A stretch of DNA of 28,682 bases from a virus (taxonomy: Duplodnaviria; Heunggongvirae; Uroviricota; Caudoviricetes). The number at the start of each line of letters is the position of its first letter. Within the stretch, counting starts at the first letter, position 1. Below the pieces are notes generated by a model. It saw only the letters and a list, made by a program, of their open reading frames with translations, made no database searches and had not been told where the DNA came from. Positions 1 to 8,260 of the stretch are shown one piece after another. The stretch is from positions 1 to 28,682 of the IMG/VR virus record IMGVR_UViG_2671180357_000002. One strand, written 5' to 3'. The position numbers and the translations under genes are program-made.

Positions 1-394
1 GAAATATAGGGGCAAATCCAGGAACACCACCACCACTCTTAAAATCATGGAGTTGTTGTTGCATATTCATCAAAAAATGATAGCAATATCGTGGTAACAA
101 AATATTATGAGGTTTTACAGTAAATGCATCCGATACGAAAATTGGTTCCTCCCACCAACTAACGAATCCCGCATACGCACCAGAACCTGCGATAACAATT
201 GTTTGTCCGTCGCGATTACTAGTATTATGATAATAAGCTGGTGTGCGTCCGCCAGCGACTACGGGGATGGTTCCATCGATAACATCTTTTTTTGTAATTG
301 ATGTACCTCGCTTTAGTTCAGCTATACTGCCTAGAGTTTTCCACTCAACCTCAACCCCATCCAGCAATTTTTCCAGATAATTCAACTCGCTCAT
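1..394 (-). CDS. hsdS: Type I restriction-modification specificity subunit HsdS, N-terminal part (gene continues past the left window edge)
   Basis: Minus-strand ORF with ATG at 392-394 overlapping the hsdM stop (ATGA junction). Translation begins [22 protein letters not shown]..., which I recognise as the conserved N-terminus of type I HsdS proteins. Absent from the ORF track because it has no stop in-window. Confidence 0.75.
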   Translation of the reverse strand, partial: MSELNYLEKLLDGVEVEWKTLGSIAELKRGTSITKKDVIDGTIPVVAGGRTPAYYHNTSNRDGQTIVIAGSGAYAGFVSWWEEPIFVSDAFTVKPHNILLPRYCYHFLMNMQQQLHDFKSGGGVPGFAPIF

Positions 395-1953
395 TTCTGC
401 ACCTCGCAGCCTTCAATTTCAGCCACAATCGCATCAATATCTTTGCGCAACTGGTCTATTTTGCTGACCGTGGTTTTCAGCTCTGCATTCAACTCAGCAA
501 TATTGATTATTTCGCGGTTATCTTTCGCTTCCACATAGCTGCTCACTGACAGGTTATAGTCATTCGCTACAATGGTTTCAAACGCGACAGATTTTGCCAG
601 ATGAGCAACATCTTCCTTGCTGGCAAATACCTGCATAATCTGGTCGATATGGGCATCGGTCAGGATATTGTTGTTAGTCTCTTTTTTGAACAGTTCGCTG
701 GCGTCAATAAACTGAACGTTGGTATCCGTTTTATGTTTAGACAGAACCAGAATGTTTACGGCAATGGTGGTGCCAAAGAACAGGTTCGGAGCCAGTGAAA
801 TTACGGTTTCGACATAGTTATTGTCAACCAGATACTGACGGATTTTCTGCTCCGCGCCACCACGGTAAAAAATACCCGGGAAGCAAACAATCGCAGCACG
901 ACCTTTGGCAGAAAGATAGTTCAGCGCATGTAGTACAAAGGCGAAGTCAGCTTTTGATTTGGGGGCCAGAACGCCAGCCGGGGCAAAACGCTCATCGTTA
1001 ATCAGCGTCGGGTCATCGCTGCCAATCCATTTCACCGAATACGGCGGGTTAGAAACGATTGCATCAAACGGTTTTTCATCTCTGAAGTGCGGCTCAGTCA
1101 GTGTATTACCCAGCTTGATATCAAACTTGTCGTAGTTGATGTTGTGCAAAAACATGTTCATACGCGCCAGGTTATAGGTCGTATGGTTGATTTCCTGACC
1201 GAAAAAGCCTTCTTCGATGATGTGGTTATCAAACTGTTTTTTCGCCTGCAACAACAGTGAGCCGGAACCCGCTGCCGGGTCGTAGATTTTGTTAACGCTG
1301 GTCTGTCCGTGCATAGCCAGTTGTGCAATCAGCTTGGAGACGTGCTGCGGTGTAAAGAACTCACCGCCTGACTTACCGGCATTTGCCGCATAGTTAGAAA
1401 TCAGGAACTCATAGGCATCACCGAACAGGTCAATCTGATGTTCGTTGAAGTCACCAAGTTTTAACCCTTCAACCCCTTTCAGAACCGCAGCCAGGCGGGC
1501 ATTTTTATCTTTAACGGTGTTACCCAGGCGGTTACTGGTTGTATCGAAATCAGCAAACAAACCTTTGATGTCAGCTTCTGAAGGATAACCGTAAGCAGAA
1601 CTTTCGATAGCAACGAAGATGCTGTTTAAATCCGCATTCAGTCTGTCATTGGTATTTGCTTTCGCAGCTACGTTGCAGAAAAGCTGACTGGGGTAGATGA
1701 AGTAGCCTTTAGTTTTGATGGCATCGTCTTTAATGTCATCAGTAATTACGCTGTCATCCAGTTTCGCATAACAGATACTGTCATCACCGGCTTCAATATA
1801 GCTGGAAAAATTTTCGCTGATAAAACGGTAGAAAAGTGCGCCCAGAACGTATTGCTTAAAATCCCATCCATCGACTGAACCCCTGACATCGTTAGCAATT
1901 TGCCAGATCTGGCGATGAAGCTCTGCACGTTGTTGAATACTTGTCATTTTCAT
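391..1953 (-). CDS. hsdM: Type I restriction-modification DNA methyltransferase subunit HsdM (N6-adenine)
   Basis: 520 aa ORF. Gamma-class amino-MTase motifs in order: [20 protein letters not shown] (SAM binding), SNPPYSVKW (catalytic). Immediately followed by and overlapping hsdS. Confidence 0.9.
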   Translation of the reverse strand: MKMTSIQQRAELHRQIWQIANDVRGSVDGWDFKQYVLGALFYRFISENFSSYIEAGDDSICYAKLDDSVITDDIKDDAIKTKGYFIYPSQLFCNVAAKANTNDRLNADLNSIFVAIESSAYGYPSEADIKGLFADFDTTSNRLGNTVKDKNARLAAVLKGVEGLKLGDFNEHQIDLFGDAYEFLISNYAANAGKSGGEFFTPQHVSKLIAQLAMHGQTSVNKIYDPAAGSGSLLLQAKKQFDNHIIEEGFFGQEINHTTYNLARMNMFLHNINYDKFDIKLGNTLTEPHFRDEKPFDAIVSNPPYSVKWIGSDDPTLINDERFAPAGVLAPKSKADFAFVLHALNYLSAKGRAAIVCFPGIFYRGGAEQKIRQYLVDNNYVETVISLAPNLFFGTTIAVNILVLSKHKTDTNVQFIDASELFKKETNNNILTDAHIDQIMQVFASKEDVAHLAKSVAFETIVANDYNLSVSSYVEAKDNREIINIAELNAELKTTVSKIDQLRKDIDAIVAEIEGCEVQK

Positions 1954-2103
1954 CCACTTATTTCAGGTTTAAGTAATTGGAGGGGATTCTACAGCAACTT
2001 ATATGCATTAGCAGTTCGGAATTGAATGGTACGTGTACCTGCGAGATAAGTCTTAAGTAAACTTAAAAAACTTCATTGTCGACATCAGCCTGCACTTCTT
2101 TCT

Positions 2104-2156
2104 TTGTTACCTATTCTGTTTTGAGATAATAACACCAACAAAAAAACAATTTGTTT
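2104..2156 (+). promoter_or_regulatory. Sigma70-like promoter (-35 TTGTTA 2104-2109, -10 GATAAT 2125-2130) followed by conserved leader ACACCAACAA...AAACAATTTGTTT (palindrome 2144-2156)
   Basis: Hexamers read directly; same leader/palindrome recurs upstream of about ten other genes in the window. Confidence 0.5.
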
Positions 2157-2168
2157 AATGGTGCAATC

Positions 2169-3854
2169 ATGAATACAGCCCTTTCCATCATTGACTCTAT
2201 CACTCCAGACACCGGTATTGACTACCGGCAGGAAATGAATGTTATCCACGAAATTGTGGCCGAATGCGAGAAAGAGATTGCGTTCATGAATAAGGTTCAC
2301 GACTTCGTTTATGGCGACGAACGCCACAACATGATTAACCGTCTACTGCGACTTAACCACCGGCCGGACGACGAGCGCACACGCTTTAACAGAACCTGGC
2401 TGGACAAAGTCGACCTGGAATGGGTGAAACAAAATATCTGGGCCGAGTACTGGAAGAAGGTCACGGATATGACCAACGTTCTGCTGATCATGCCAGCATC
2501 CCGCCGCGACGAGTGGCGTGAACAGTTTATCGAGGGCAAGCAGGAAACGATCAAGACTGACAGAACTGGCTATCAAATGAAGGTTAAAGAGTTCGTTGGT
2601 GTACCTGAGTTCAAAGCAGAAACGGTCATACCAACGATGCTTAATTTGCTGAATGACAGGCACAAATATCTCTCTGAGCGCGTGTATGGCTTGTTTAAGG
2701 CGTTGAGTCCTGCTCACAAGACCAATAAGACGAACGGCTTCAGCGAGCGTCTGATCATCGCCGACTGCATTTCCGATTTCTGGCGGGACAGCGTCAGCGT
2801 TAACTACCGGAAAGAGGATTACATAGACGACCTGCGCGTCATGTTGCATTTCTTTGCACACAAAGAATTTATCACCATCAACCGCACGGCCGAGATGCTG
2901 TCAGCTGCGTATCGAGCAAATGACTGCCAGACCGGCGACTGGATGAATGTCGACGGAAACCTGATGCGTGTGAAGATGTTTAAGAACGGCAACGTTCACT
3001 TTGAAATACATCCTGACGTAGCCTGGAAGCTGAATGAGGTGCTGGCTTACAGTATGCCCGCTGCAATCCCGGCTCCATGTCGTACTGCGCCCAAAACACG
3101 GGCACCAAAACAGTTCGGGTTAATCCAGAAGACGATCTCCGAGCCGGTGCGTACTGCGCTTCGCGACGGGCGATCTGGCAATGACAAACGCGTATGGTAC
3201 TTCTCTGATTCCGGTCTTCAGAAGTCACAGGTGGAAGAGCTGGAGCGTACACTGAGCTTTATTGGCGGCGTGCAGGAGAACAAGCACTGGCAGTTCCCGT
3301 ATGAGATCGGCCATACGCTCAATACGATTGTGGCCACCGGCTTAATACCGGATACAAAATCACACCAGTTCTACCCTACCCCGCGTTTGATAGCGGAGTA
3401 CGTTGCCAGAGCCATCGAGCTGAAGCCAGGTGAGAAGCTGCTGGAGCCTGAAGCCGGGCGCGGAGATCTGCTGGCCTGCATCGACGCCAATCCGGAAGAC
3501 GTTACCTGCATAGAAGTCGCACCTCTCTTCGCTGATATCCTGCTTGGCAAGGGGTACACAAATACGGTCTGCTGCGACTTCATGAAGTGGTCTGAGGACA
3601 ACGCAGGTTATCAGTTCGACAAAATCGTCATGAACCCGCCCTACTCTCTTGGCCGTCACAGAGAGCACACGTTGGCCGCGCTGAGACATCTGAAAGTCGG
3701 TGGGCGTCTGGTAGCAGTGCTGCCGGGCGACGCGCCAATTCTAAACTGGATGACGCTGGATAATTACGTTTATGCCAAAGGGAAGTCGTTTACTAACGTG
3801 TTTGAAGACACCGGGATTACTGTCAGTGTATACGTTTTCAAACGCGTTAAATGA
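2169..3854 (+). CDS. Orphan N6-adenine DNA methyltransferase: ~390 aa unknown N-terminal domain fused to a short gamma-class MTase domain
   Basis: C-terminal region has QFYPTPRLIAEYV, then LEPEAGRGDLL (motif I), then VMNPPYSL (motif IV). ATG at 2169 preferred over the TTG at 2151 used by the ORF track. Divergent from hsdM. Confidence 0.7.
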   Translation: MNTALSIIDSITPDTGIDYRQEMNVIHEIVAECEKEIAFMNKVHDFVYGDERHNMINRLLRLNHRPDDERTRFNRTWLDKVDLEWVKQNIWAEYWKKVTDMTNVLLIMPASRRDEWREQFIEGKQETIKTDRTGYQMKVKEFVGVPEFKAETVIPTMLNLLNDRHKYLSERVYGLFKALSPAHKTNKTNGFSERLIIADCISDFWRDSVSVNYRKEDYIDDLRVMLHFFAHKEFITINRTAEMLSAAYRANDCQTGDWMNVDGNLMRVKMFKNGNVHFEIHPDVAWKLNEVLAYSMPAAIPAPCRTAPKTRAPKQFGLIQKTISEPVRTALRDGRSGNDKRVWYFSDSGLQKSQVEELERTLSFIGGVQENKHWQFPYEIGHTLNTIVATGLIPDTKSHQFYPTPRLIAEYVARAIELKPGEKLLEPEAGRGDLLACIDANPEDVTCIEVAPLFADILLGKGYTNTVCCDFMKWSEDNAGYQFDKIVMNPPYSLGRHREHTLAALRHLKVGGRLVAVLPGDAPILNWMTLDNYVYAKGKSFTNVFEDTGITVSVYVFKRVK

Positions 3855-3916
3855 TAGGTAAACACATACCTAATCTATGTAAGAATATAGTGACTATATG
3901 ATAAGAGAAAAAACAC

Positions 3917-4465
3917 ATGAGCAATCTTCCGTTAGAGCGTTTTAACGTCAAAAGCCATGCCGACTTTCCTTTCAAATTTGTAATGAGAGGTTATGCAGAG
4001 GAAGCAGTAGGCCAGATTATCATTGACAAAGGCATTGTTAAGTTTGAAGGGGATTATGATGAATCCGCGAAAACATTCATAGACTTCGTTGCTAAACGTT
4101 GGAGCGAGCAATGGAGAGACCAGGAAAAACGTGCTCGTGAATTTGATACATTCATGTCTGAAATTGATACAGCAAAAACGGCTCTGGCTGCGGGTACTCC
4201 GTTAGATTTGGAGTCTCTGTTTAAAGGTGAAATGGCCTCTGCGATGTTCGCAACCATGTTTCCCGGTGAGTTTGTTCGTAGCGGGCCAGAAACTACCACC
4301 TGCCTGATCAACCTGTTCTGGATGGTCATATCGAGATGGTCATTAACAGCCATGAGAAAGGCTGGGCCGCAATCGTTCCCTGCAAAATTACATACAAGTT
4401 GGCGAAAGAAGTTAAGGAGCTTCGAAAAGACAGTGCCGAATCGGAGTCTACCAAAGCCGCAATAA
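3917..4465 (+). CDS. Hypothetical protein, possibly frameshifted (true C-terminus may continue in the 4282-4545 frame)
   Basis: 182 aa ORF whose last ~50 residues are low-complexity R/K/S/P-rich, while the overlapping frame open from 4282 to 4545 reads protein-like (HEKGWAAIVPCKITYKLAKEVKELRKD...). Confidence 0.45.
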   Translation: MSNLPLERFNVKSHADFPFKFVMRGYAEEAVGQIIIDKGIVKFEGDYDESAKTFIDFVAKRWSEQWRDQEKRAREFDTFMSEIDTAKTALAAGTPLDLESLFKGEMASAMFATMFPGEFVRSGPETTTCLINLFWMVISRWSLTAMRKAGPQSFPAKLHTSWRKKLRSFEKTVPNRSLPKPQ

Positions 4466-4575
4466 ACACCCTTGTTCGCATGGGGTTCACATGGGACGGC
4501 GGAGCCTACTGGCAAGCACCTCAACCCATTTTATCCGGCAATTAGGCGCTACAAATCCCTCTGCATGAATAAATA

Positions 4576-4596
4576 AAGGCCATATGTTATGGCCTT
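4576..4596 (+). terminator. Hairpin AAGGCCA-tatgtta-TGGCCTT after the 3917-4545 coding region
   Basis: Perfect 7-bp inverted repeat; no strong T-run, so terminator function is tentative. Confidence 0.4.
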
Positions 4597-4603
4597 AAAT
4601 AAA

Positions 4604-4634
4604 TTGTTTTCTACCTTTTCTTATTTGTGAAAAT
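4604..4634 (+). promoter_or_regulatory. Sigma70-like promoter with extended -10 (TTGTTT - 18 nt - TGtGAAAAT)
   Basis: Near-identical ~35-bp promoter block recurs at 6424-6454 and 10317-10347. Confidence 0.5.
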
Positions 4635-5057
4635 AAGCAGCACTTAGCAGTGCAACAGAAACAGATCCTACGCATCAAAACTTTGTGGCGTTTCGTATGG
4701 AGTTCACACCAGCGGTGGCGCTGGCACTACTGGATGAAATTAAGCGTCTGGAGGACACAAATATTGATGCCATGTGACGAATTGCAGAGGTGAGAGGCTG
4801 GAGTGCCTGCCGCGCGGCTATGCTTCAGAACCAAGACAGTGACAACACAGTGACAATTAAGGTTGGTTGGATAAGCTGTAGCGACCGGCTGTCAGAAATT
4901 GGCGAACGAAACTGGAGAACAAGTTTTCCTTTGCTGGTTACGTGTGAGATTGGCGTTATCCCTGCTTACTACGGCTTTGTAAGCCCTGTTAATAGTTAGC
5001 ATCTTATTAACATCTTTTTTTAAGAGACAGAGTTCAAAAACATGTTGCTCCAGCATA

Positions 5058-5077
5058 TACTGTGTACATATACAGTA
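5058..5077 (+). promoter_or_regulatory. LexA (SOS) box TACTGTGTACATATACAGTA
   Basis: Matches the CTGT-N8-ACAG LexA operator consensus; lies 17-36 bp upstream of the umuD'-like start. Confidence 0.8.
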
Positions 5078-5093
5078 TTAAGGGGCGAGTATT

Positions 5094-5483
5094 ATGGGCT
5101 TCCCATCTCCTGCGGCGGATTATGCTGAAAGCCGCATTTCTCTTGATCAGCAAATAATCAGGCATCCTTCAGCGACCTACTTCATGAGGGCGGCTGACAG
5201 CCATCACCGTGAGGGAATATTGCAGGGGGCATTGCTGGTGGTCGATTCCTCACTCACTCCTGTTGATGGTTCTCTTCTTGTATGTGCTATTGATGGGGAA
5301 TATCGCGTAAAACGATACAGGAAGTATCCGCGTCAGCATCTGGAGGATTTAAGAACCAGCAAGAAGGAAGCATTGCCAAAGGATGACGATGGATGCACTG
5401 GCAGTACTGCCGTGTTTGGCGTGATCACTCACATCATCAACGACGCAAGAAGTGGCGAATTTGATGATTGTCCTGTGATGTAG
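5094..5483 (+). CDS. umuD: UmuD'-like protein (S24 peptidase-family accessory subunit of translesion polymerase), encoded already lacking the N-terminal arm
   Basis: [30 protein letters not shown]... aligns by eye with E. coli UmuD from Gly25 onward ([29 protein letters not shown]); conserved Ser (ADSH) and Lys (RVKR) positions retained. Confidence 0.85.
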   Translation: [129 protein letters not shown]

Positions 5484-5488
5484 ATAGA

Positions 5489-5512
5489 AAGCCCTCATTT
5501 GTATGAGGGCTT
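5489..5512. terminator. Bidirectional hairpin AAGCCCTCA-tttgta-TGAGGGCTT between convergent genes
   Basis: Perfect 9-bp stem located between the umuD'-like stop (5483) and the minus-strand gene stop (5528). Confidence 0.6.
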
Positions 5513-5527
5513 CTAGGTAAACACAAA

Positions 5528-6271
5528 TCACTGCATGTTGCCGAATTTTTTGTTAAGACTTTTTCGTATTGTCTCTATGGTTTTCTCCCTATCTGAATAT
5601 AGCTCGCTAACTACATAGTCCATAATCTCAAAAGCGCCTTCGATATCTTTGTCCCGAACTTCATCAAACGTATGGCTGCCTGCGTTCCCCAAGAACTTTA
5701 TCGCCAAAAGATTTTGGGCGAGTTTGCTGCCCTCTTCCGGGATTTTTTCGATACGATGGTGCAATGGGATTGTCTTACCTTTATCATTTTGCGTAGGTAT
5801 ACCCATAGAGGTAAGGATATTTTCTACAGCGATTCTGATTAGGTTTGCAGCGGCACCTTGCTGCATTAAAAAAATGGAAAAAGCAGCCTTCAAGGGGCCA
5901 CTTACTTCATCCGGGCAGTTCTCTGGAATTTGAAAAACATTCAAGGAAGGAACAAAGCAAAGAGGTTTGTACCATTGATAATATTCGTCCACCGCTTCCT
6001 CTGGTCGATATTCTCTGTCCCATCCGGCGTTTCCTATGCACGCAACCGCTTCGCCACATTTTGCTCGAGAACATTTGGCCATACAGCTGAAATAGGACTG
6101 AGACATATCGTAATCAAACCAATCTTCATTTTGTGCTTTCCTGGTATCTAAAGACTCCTCTTCAACAAAACTATCTTGCATGATTTCCAGAGTCTTTTGT
6201 CCGCAGACCGGACAAGGCCAGTCCACATGTTTATCGCGGTAAAATTGATGGGAAATTTTATGAATAGCCAT
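5528..6271 (-). CDS. Zn-ribbon protein with a DUF4145-like C-terminal domain (candidate defence or abortive-infection protein)
   Basis: 247 aa. N-terminal Cys clusters CPVCG and CMAKCSRAKCGEAVAC; C-terminal LLAIKFLGNAGSHTFDEV...DYVVSELYS resembles the R-x-GN-x-x-H signature I associate with DUF4145. SD GGAG 9 nt upstream of the ATG. Confidence 0.6.
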   Translation of the reverse strand: MAIHKISHQFYRDKHVDWPCPVCGQKTLEIMQDSFVEEESLDTRKAQNEDWFDYDMSQSYFSCMAKCSRAKCGEAVACIGNAGWDREYRPEEAVDEYYQWYKPLCFVPSLNVFQIPENCPDEVSGPLKAAFSIFLMQQGAAANLIRIAVENILTSMGIPTQNDKGKTIPLHHRIEKIPEEGSKLAQNLLAIKFLGNAGSHTFDEVRDKDIEGAFEIMDYVVSELYSDREKTIETIRKSLNKKFGNMQ

Positions 6272-6423
6272 TTATTTCGCTCCATGCATATTGGCCGAAA
6301 TGAGTTCAAACGATACCAATATGAATAATAGAAGCATTACTTTAAGGCACTGTGGATTAAATACAAACCATGGCTACCAACAGAAGTAACAAAAGATACT
6401 GGTTACAAATACCCGTAAATAAA

Positions 6424-6485
6424 TTGTTTTCTACCTTTTCTTGATTGTGATAATAAACCACACAAGAAAACAAATTGTTTAGGAG
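6424..6485 (+). promoter_or_regulatory. Promoter (-35 TTGTTT 6424-6429, TGtGATAAT 6446-6454) + leader palindrome AAACAAATTGTTT (6468-6480) + RBS AGGAG
   Basis: Read directly; member of the repeated cassette family. Confidence 0.55.
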
Positions 6486-6493
6486 TGGCAAAA

Positions 6494-6793
6494 ATGCTGA
6501 ACATTACCCAAGCCTACCAAGTGGCATTGATTAGTGCATCACATACATCAGAGGAAGATGCTCGCCGATTCATGATCGCAAGCAAGGAGCTGGATTGGAT
6601 TTCACAAATTGACTACGGTTGCATAGTTCACGCCGGGTTACAGGATGATGATTGGAAAGATGACTTGCGTCGATACGGTATATCCGAGGGCGCGATTGCG
6701 AACATTCAGAAGGTACTTGATGTAGGCTTTGACTCTGTGCATTTCGATTGTGGAGCACCGGTCGTTGAAGGGCTTGAGTGCTGGAAATGGTAA
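6494..6793 (+). CDS. Hypothetical small acidic early protein (99 aa)
   Basis: ATG 6494 sits 8 nt after AGGAG; by my count ~17 D+E vs ~8 K+R. Confidence 0.6.
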   Translation: MLNITQAYQVALISASHTSEEDARRFMIASKELDWISQIDYGCIVHAGLQDDDWKDDLRRYGISEGAIANIQKVLDVGFDSVHFDCGAPVVEGLECWKW

Positions 6794-6829
6794 TCCGGCA
6801 ATCGTTTCATACAAGATAACGGAGAATAT

Positions 6830-7015
6830 ATGCTTAAAGAGGATTCATATCTTTTAAAGACGCTTGAAATGCGTGGCGTTGAACCTACAGTGAAAAACGC
6901 TCACGATATCTACCTTCAGTTTTCACCGGAACTGAAACGGCTCATAAATAAATATGGAGTGAATGACTCCGGCGTCAAAGCCATGATAGATGATGAATTA
7001 GACCATCTCACCTAA
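6830..7015 (+). CDS. Hypothetical small protein (61 aa)
   Basis: ATG preceded by GGAG at 6821-6824; same strand and operon as the preceding gene. Confidence 0.5.
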   Translation: MLKEDSYLLKTLEMRGVEPTVKNAHDIYLQFSPELKRLINKYGVNDSGVKAMIDDELDHLT

Positions 7016-7353
7016 ATAAACCGTTGACATTGGCGGTCACAAATTGATTCTTTTCTATAAGAATCCGTTGATCGCCACTATTCCCCTTCTATACATTCAA
7101 TCACATCCTTAAATATCAACAGGTTATAGTTGTTTATACCAACAAGAAAACAACTAAATAACAGATCAACGAAACGTCAATGCTTTCCCCCGATTTGGTC
7201 TAAAAAATTGACGTTTTCACACATCACTTCTTATACCCGCAATCCTACGCAGCAGATAGCGCCACAGCGTTCAATTCTCACTACAGACGGACATACACAC
7301 CACCAATAAAAATACACGCCCAAAATCGCTCCCGCTGCGTTACATAACCATAT

Positions 7354-7397
7354 AAACAATTTGTTTTCAGGAATAACAAAACAACTAAATAACACAT
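7354..7397 (+). promoter_or_regulatory. Cassette-family leader (AAACAATTTGTTTT ... AACAAAACAACTAAATAACAC) with no convincing ORF downstream
   Basis: Same palindrome as other cassettes; downstream 7398-8510 encodes only low-complexity ORFs. Confidence 0.4.
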
Positions 7398-7415
7398 ATG
7401 CCATTCCCCAAAACA

Positions 7416-7507
7416 ACCCACCTCTTCCTGTCAGGCTACCGAAAAGACCCACCTCATTGCCCCAGGCTACAGACCACCCACCTAATATCCCCAGGCAACC
7501 GAGAACG
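7416..7507 (+). repeat. Three tandem ~30-bp direct repeats (ACCCACCT-N10-CAGGCWACMG), iteron-like
   Basis: Units begin at 7416, 7447 and 7476; a paralogous triple repeat lies at 11409-11496. Confidence 0.6.
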
Positions 7508-7533
7508 CGGCTCGCACGCGCAAACCCCGATAC

Positions 7534-7826
7534 GTCATTACCCAATACACGGAGAAGAACAGCCAGAACGAAACCCCGGACAAACCCAGACAAGAACAGG
7601 AGCCGTCACAATCTCGTTTACCCACCATTACCCCGAAAGAGAGCGCAAATTCCTGAATAGCAGGGAACGCCATTACTTCATATGCGGAGAACAACTAAAG
7701 CGCCCTACTGCCATTACCCACACTTCCATCAATTCACGTAAACGAAGAGAAAAGCGCACCTGCCATTATTCAATACACGGAGAAGAACACTCCCCAAAAC
7801 GACGAGAACAACCCAGAAAAGAACCA
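7534..7826 (+). repeat. Two ~65-bp direct repeats (7534-7600 and 7761-7826) plus dispersed GCCATTAY motifs in a CA-rich tract
   Basis: Both copies share CATTAYYCAATACACGGAGAAGAACA; the plus strand is strongly C+A rich across 7400-7900. Confidence 0.5.
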
Positions 7827-8064
7827 CCTCAAGAACAATGAAACCACATACGCCGGTAGAAAGAACAAACCACCCATTTCACCCACAGGAATAGTCGCCG
7901 TATTGAGCGTTATCAGAGAGAAGGTTTATGCCCACATAAGAGAGAAAATTTGTGGGAGGTATAAGTGGGAAGGGAAGGAGGGGTATCGCCACTTTCTTCG
8001 TATAAATTCAAGCCATAGTTTTCATCCCCCGTAACGTCCCTTTCCACCCCTTCGGTCAGCCTTC

Positions 8065-8260
8065 GGGCCATCCAGGGAAAAGGCCATGTCCCTTTTCAGG
8101 AACGGGAGCGTCGCCGCAGGGAAAAGGCTGGAGGTTTTCAGGGAAACGGTGGGAATCCCGCTGTACGAACCGGGAAAAGGCTGGCTGCCGGTCGGGAAAC
8201 GGGTACATCCCGGTACAGAGTGAGGGACGACTGCGGGAGCGGTGCGGGAAATCTTCGGGA
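8065..8260 (+). repeat. Array of at least six (C/G)GGGAAA(A/C)GG motifs at 20-30 bp spacing; begins with GGGCCATCCAG
   Basis: Motifs at ~8073, 8117, 8139, 8171, 8193 and 8243; a related module lies at 12106-12298. Confidence 0.55.

Noticed and set aside
107-549. Plus-strand ORFs 107-301 and 298-549
   Set aside because: They lie antisense to the well-supported hsdS and hsdM coding regions, have no RBS and no recognisable motifs.
601-1928. ORFs 601-798, 795-1001 (+) and 1746-1928 (-) inside hsdM
   Set aside because: Internal or alternate-frame ORFs of a gene with clear methyltransferase motifs.
2085-3689. Minus-strand ORFs 2085-2327, 2309-2554, 2343-2861, 2980-3252, 3360-3689 and 3371-3601
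   Set aside because: Antisense to the methyltransferase gene, whose frame carries the FYPTP, motif I and NPPY signatures; the antisense products are R/S/L-rich and low-complexity.
4054-4524. Minus-strand 156-aa ORF
   Set aside because: Antisense to the 3917-4545 coding region; no RBS and no motif.
5349-6151. ORFs 5349-5531 (-), 5649-5933 (+), 5845-6090 (+) and 5930-6151 (+)
   Set aside because: They overlap the umuD'-like gene or lie antisense to the Zn-ribbon/DUF4145-like gene, which are better supported.
7416-8260. Possibility that the repeat arrays are a CRISPR array
   Set aside because: Repeats are imperfect, of varying type and irregular spacing (20-31 bp periods with no unique spacers), and no cas genes are present.
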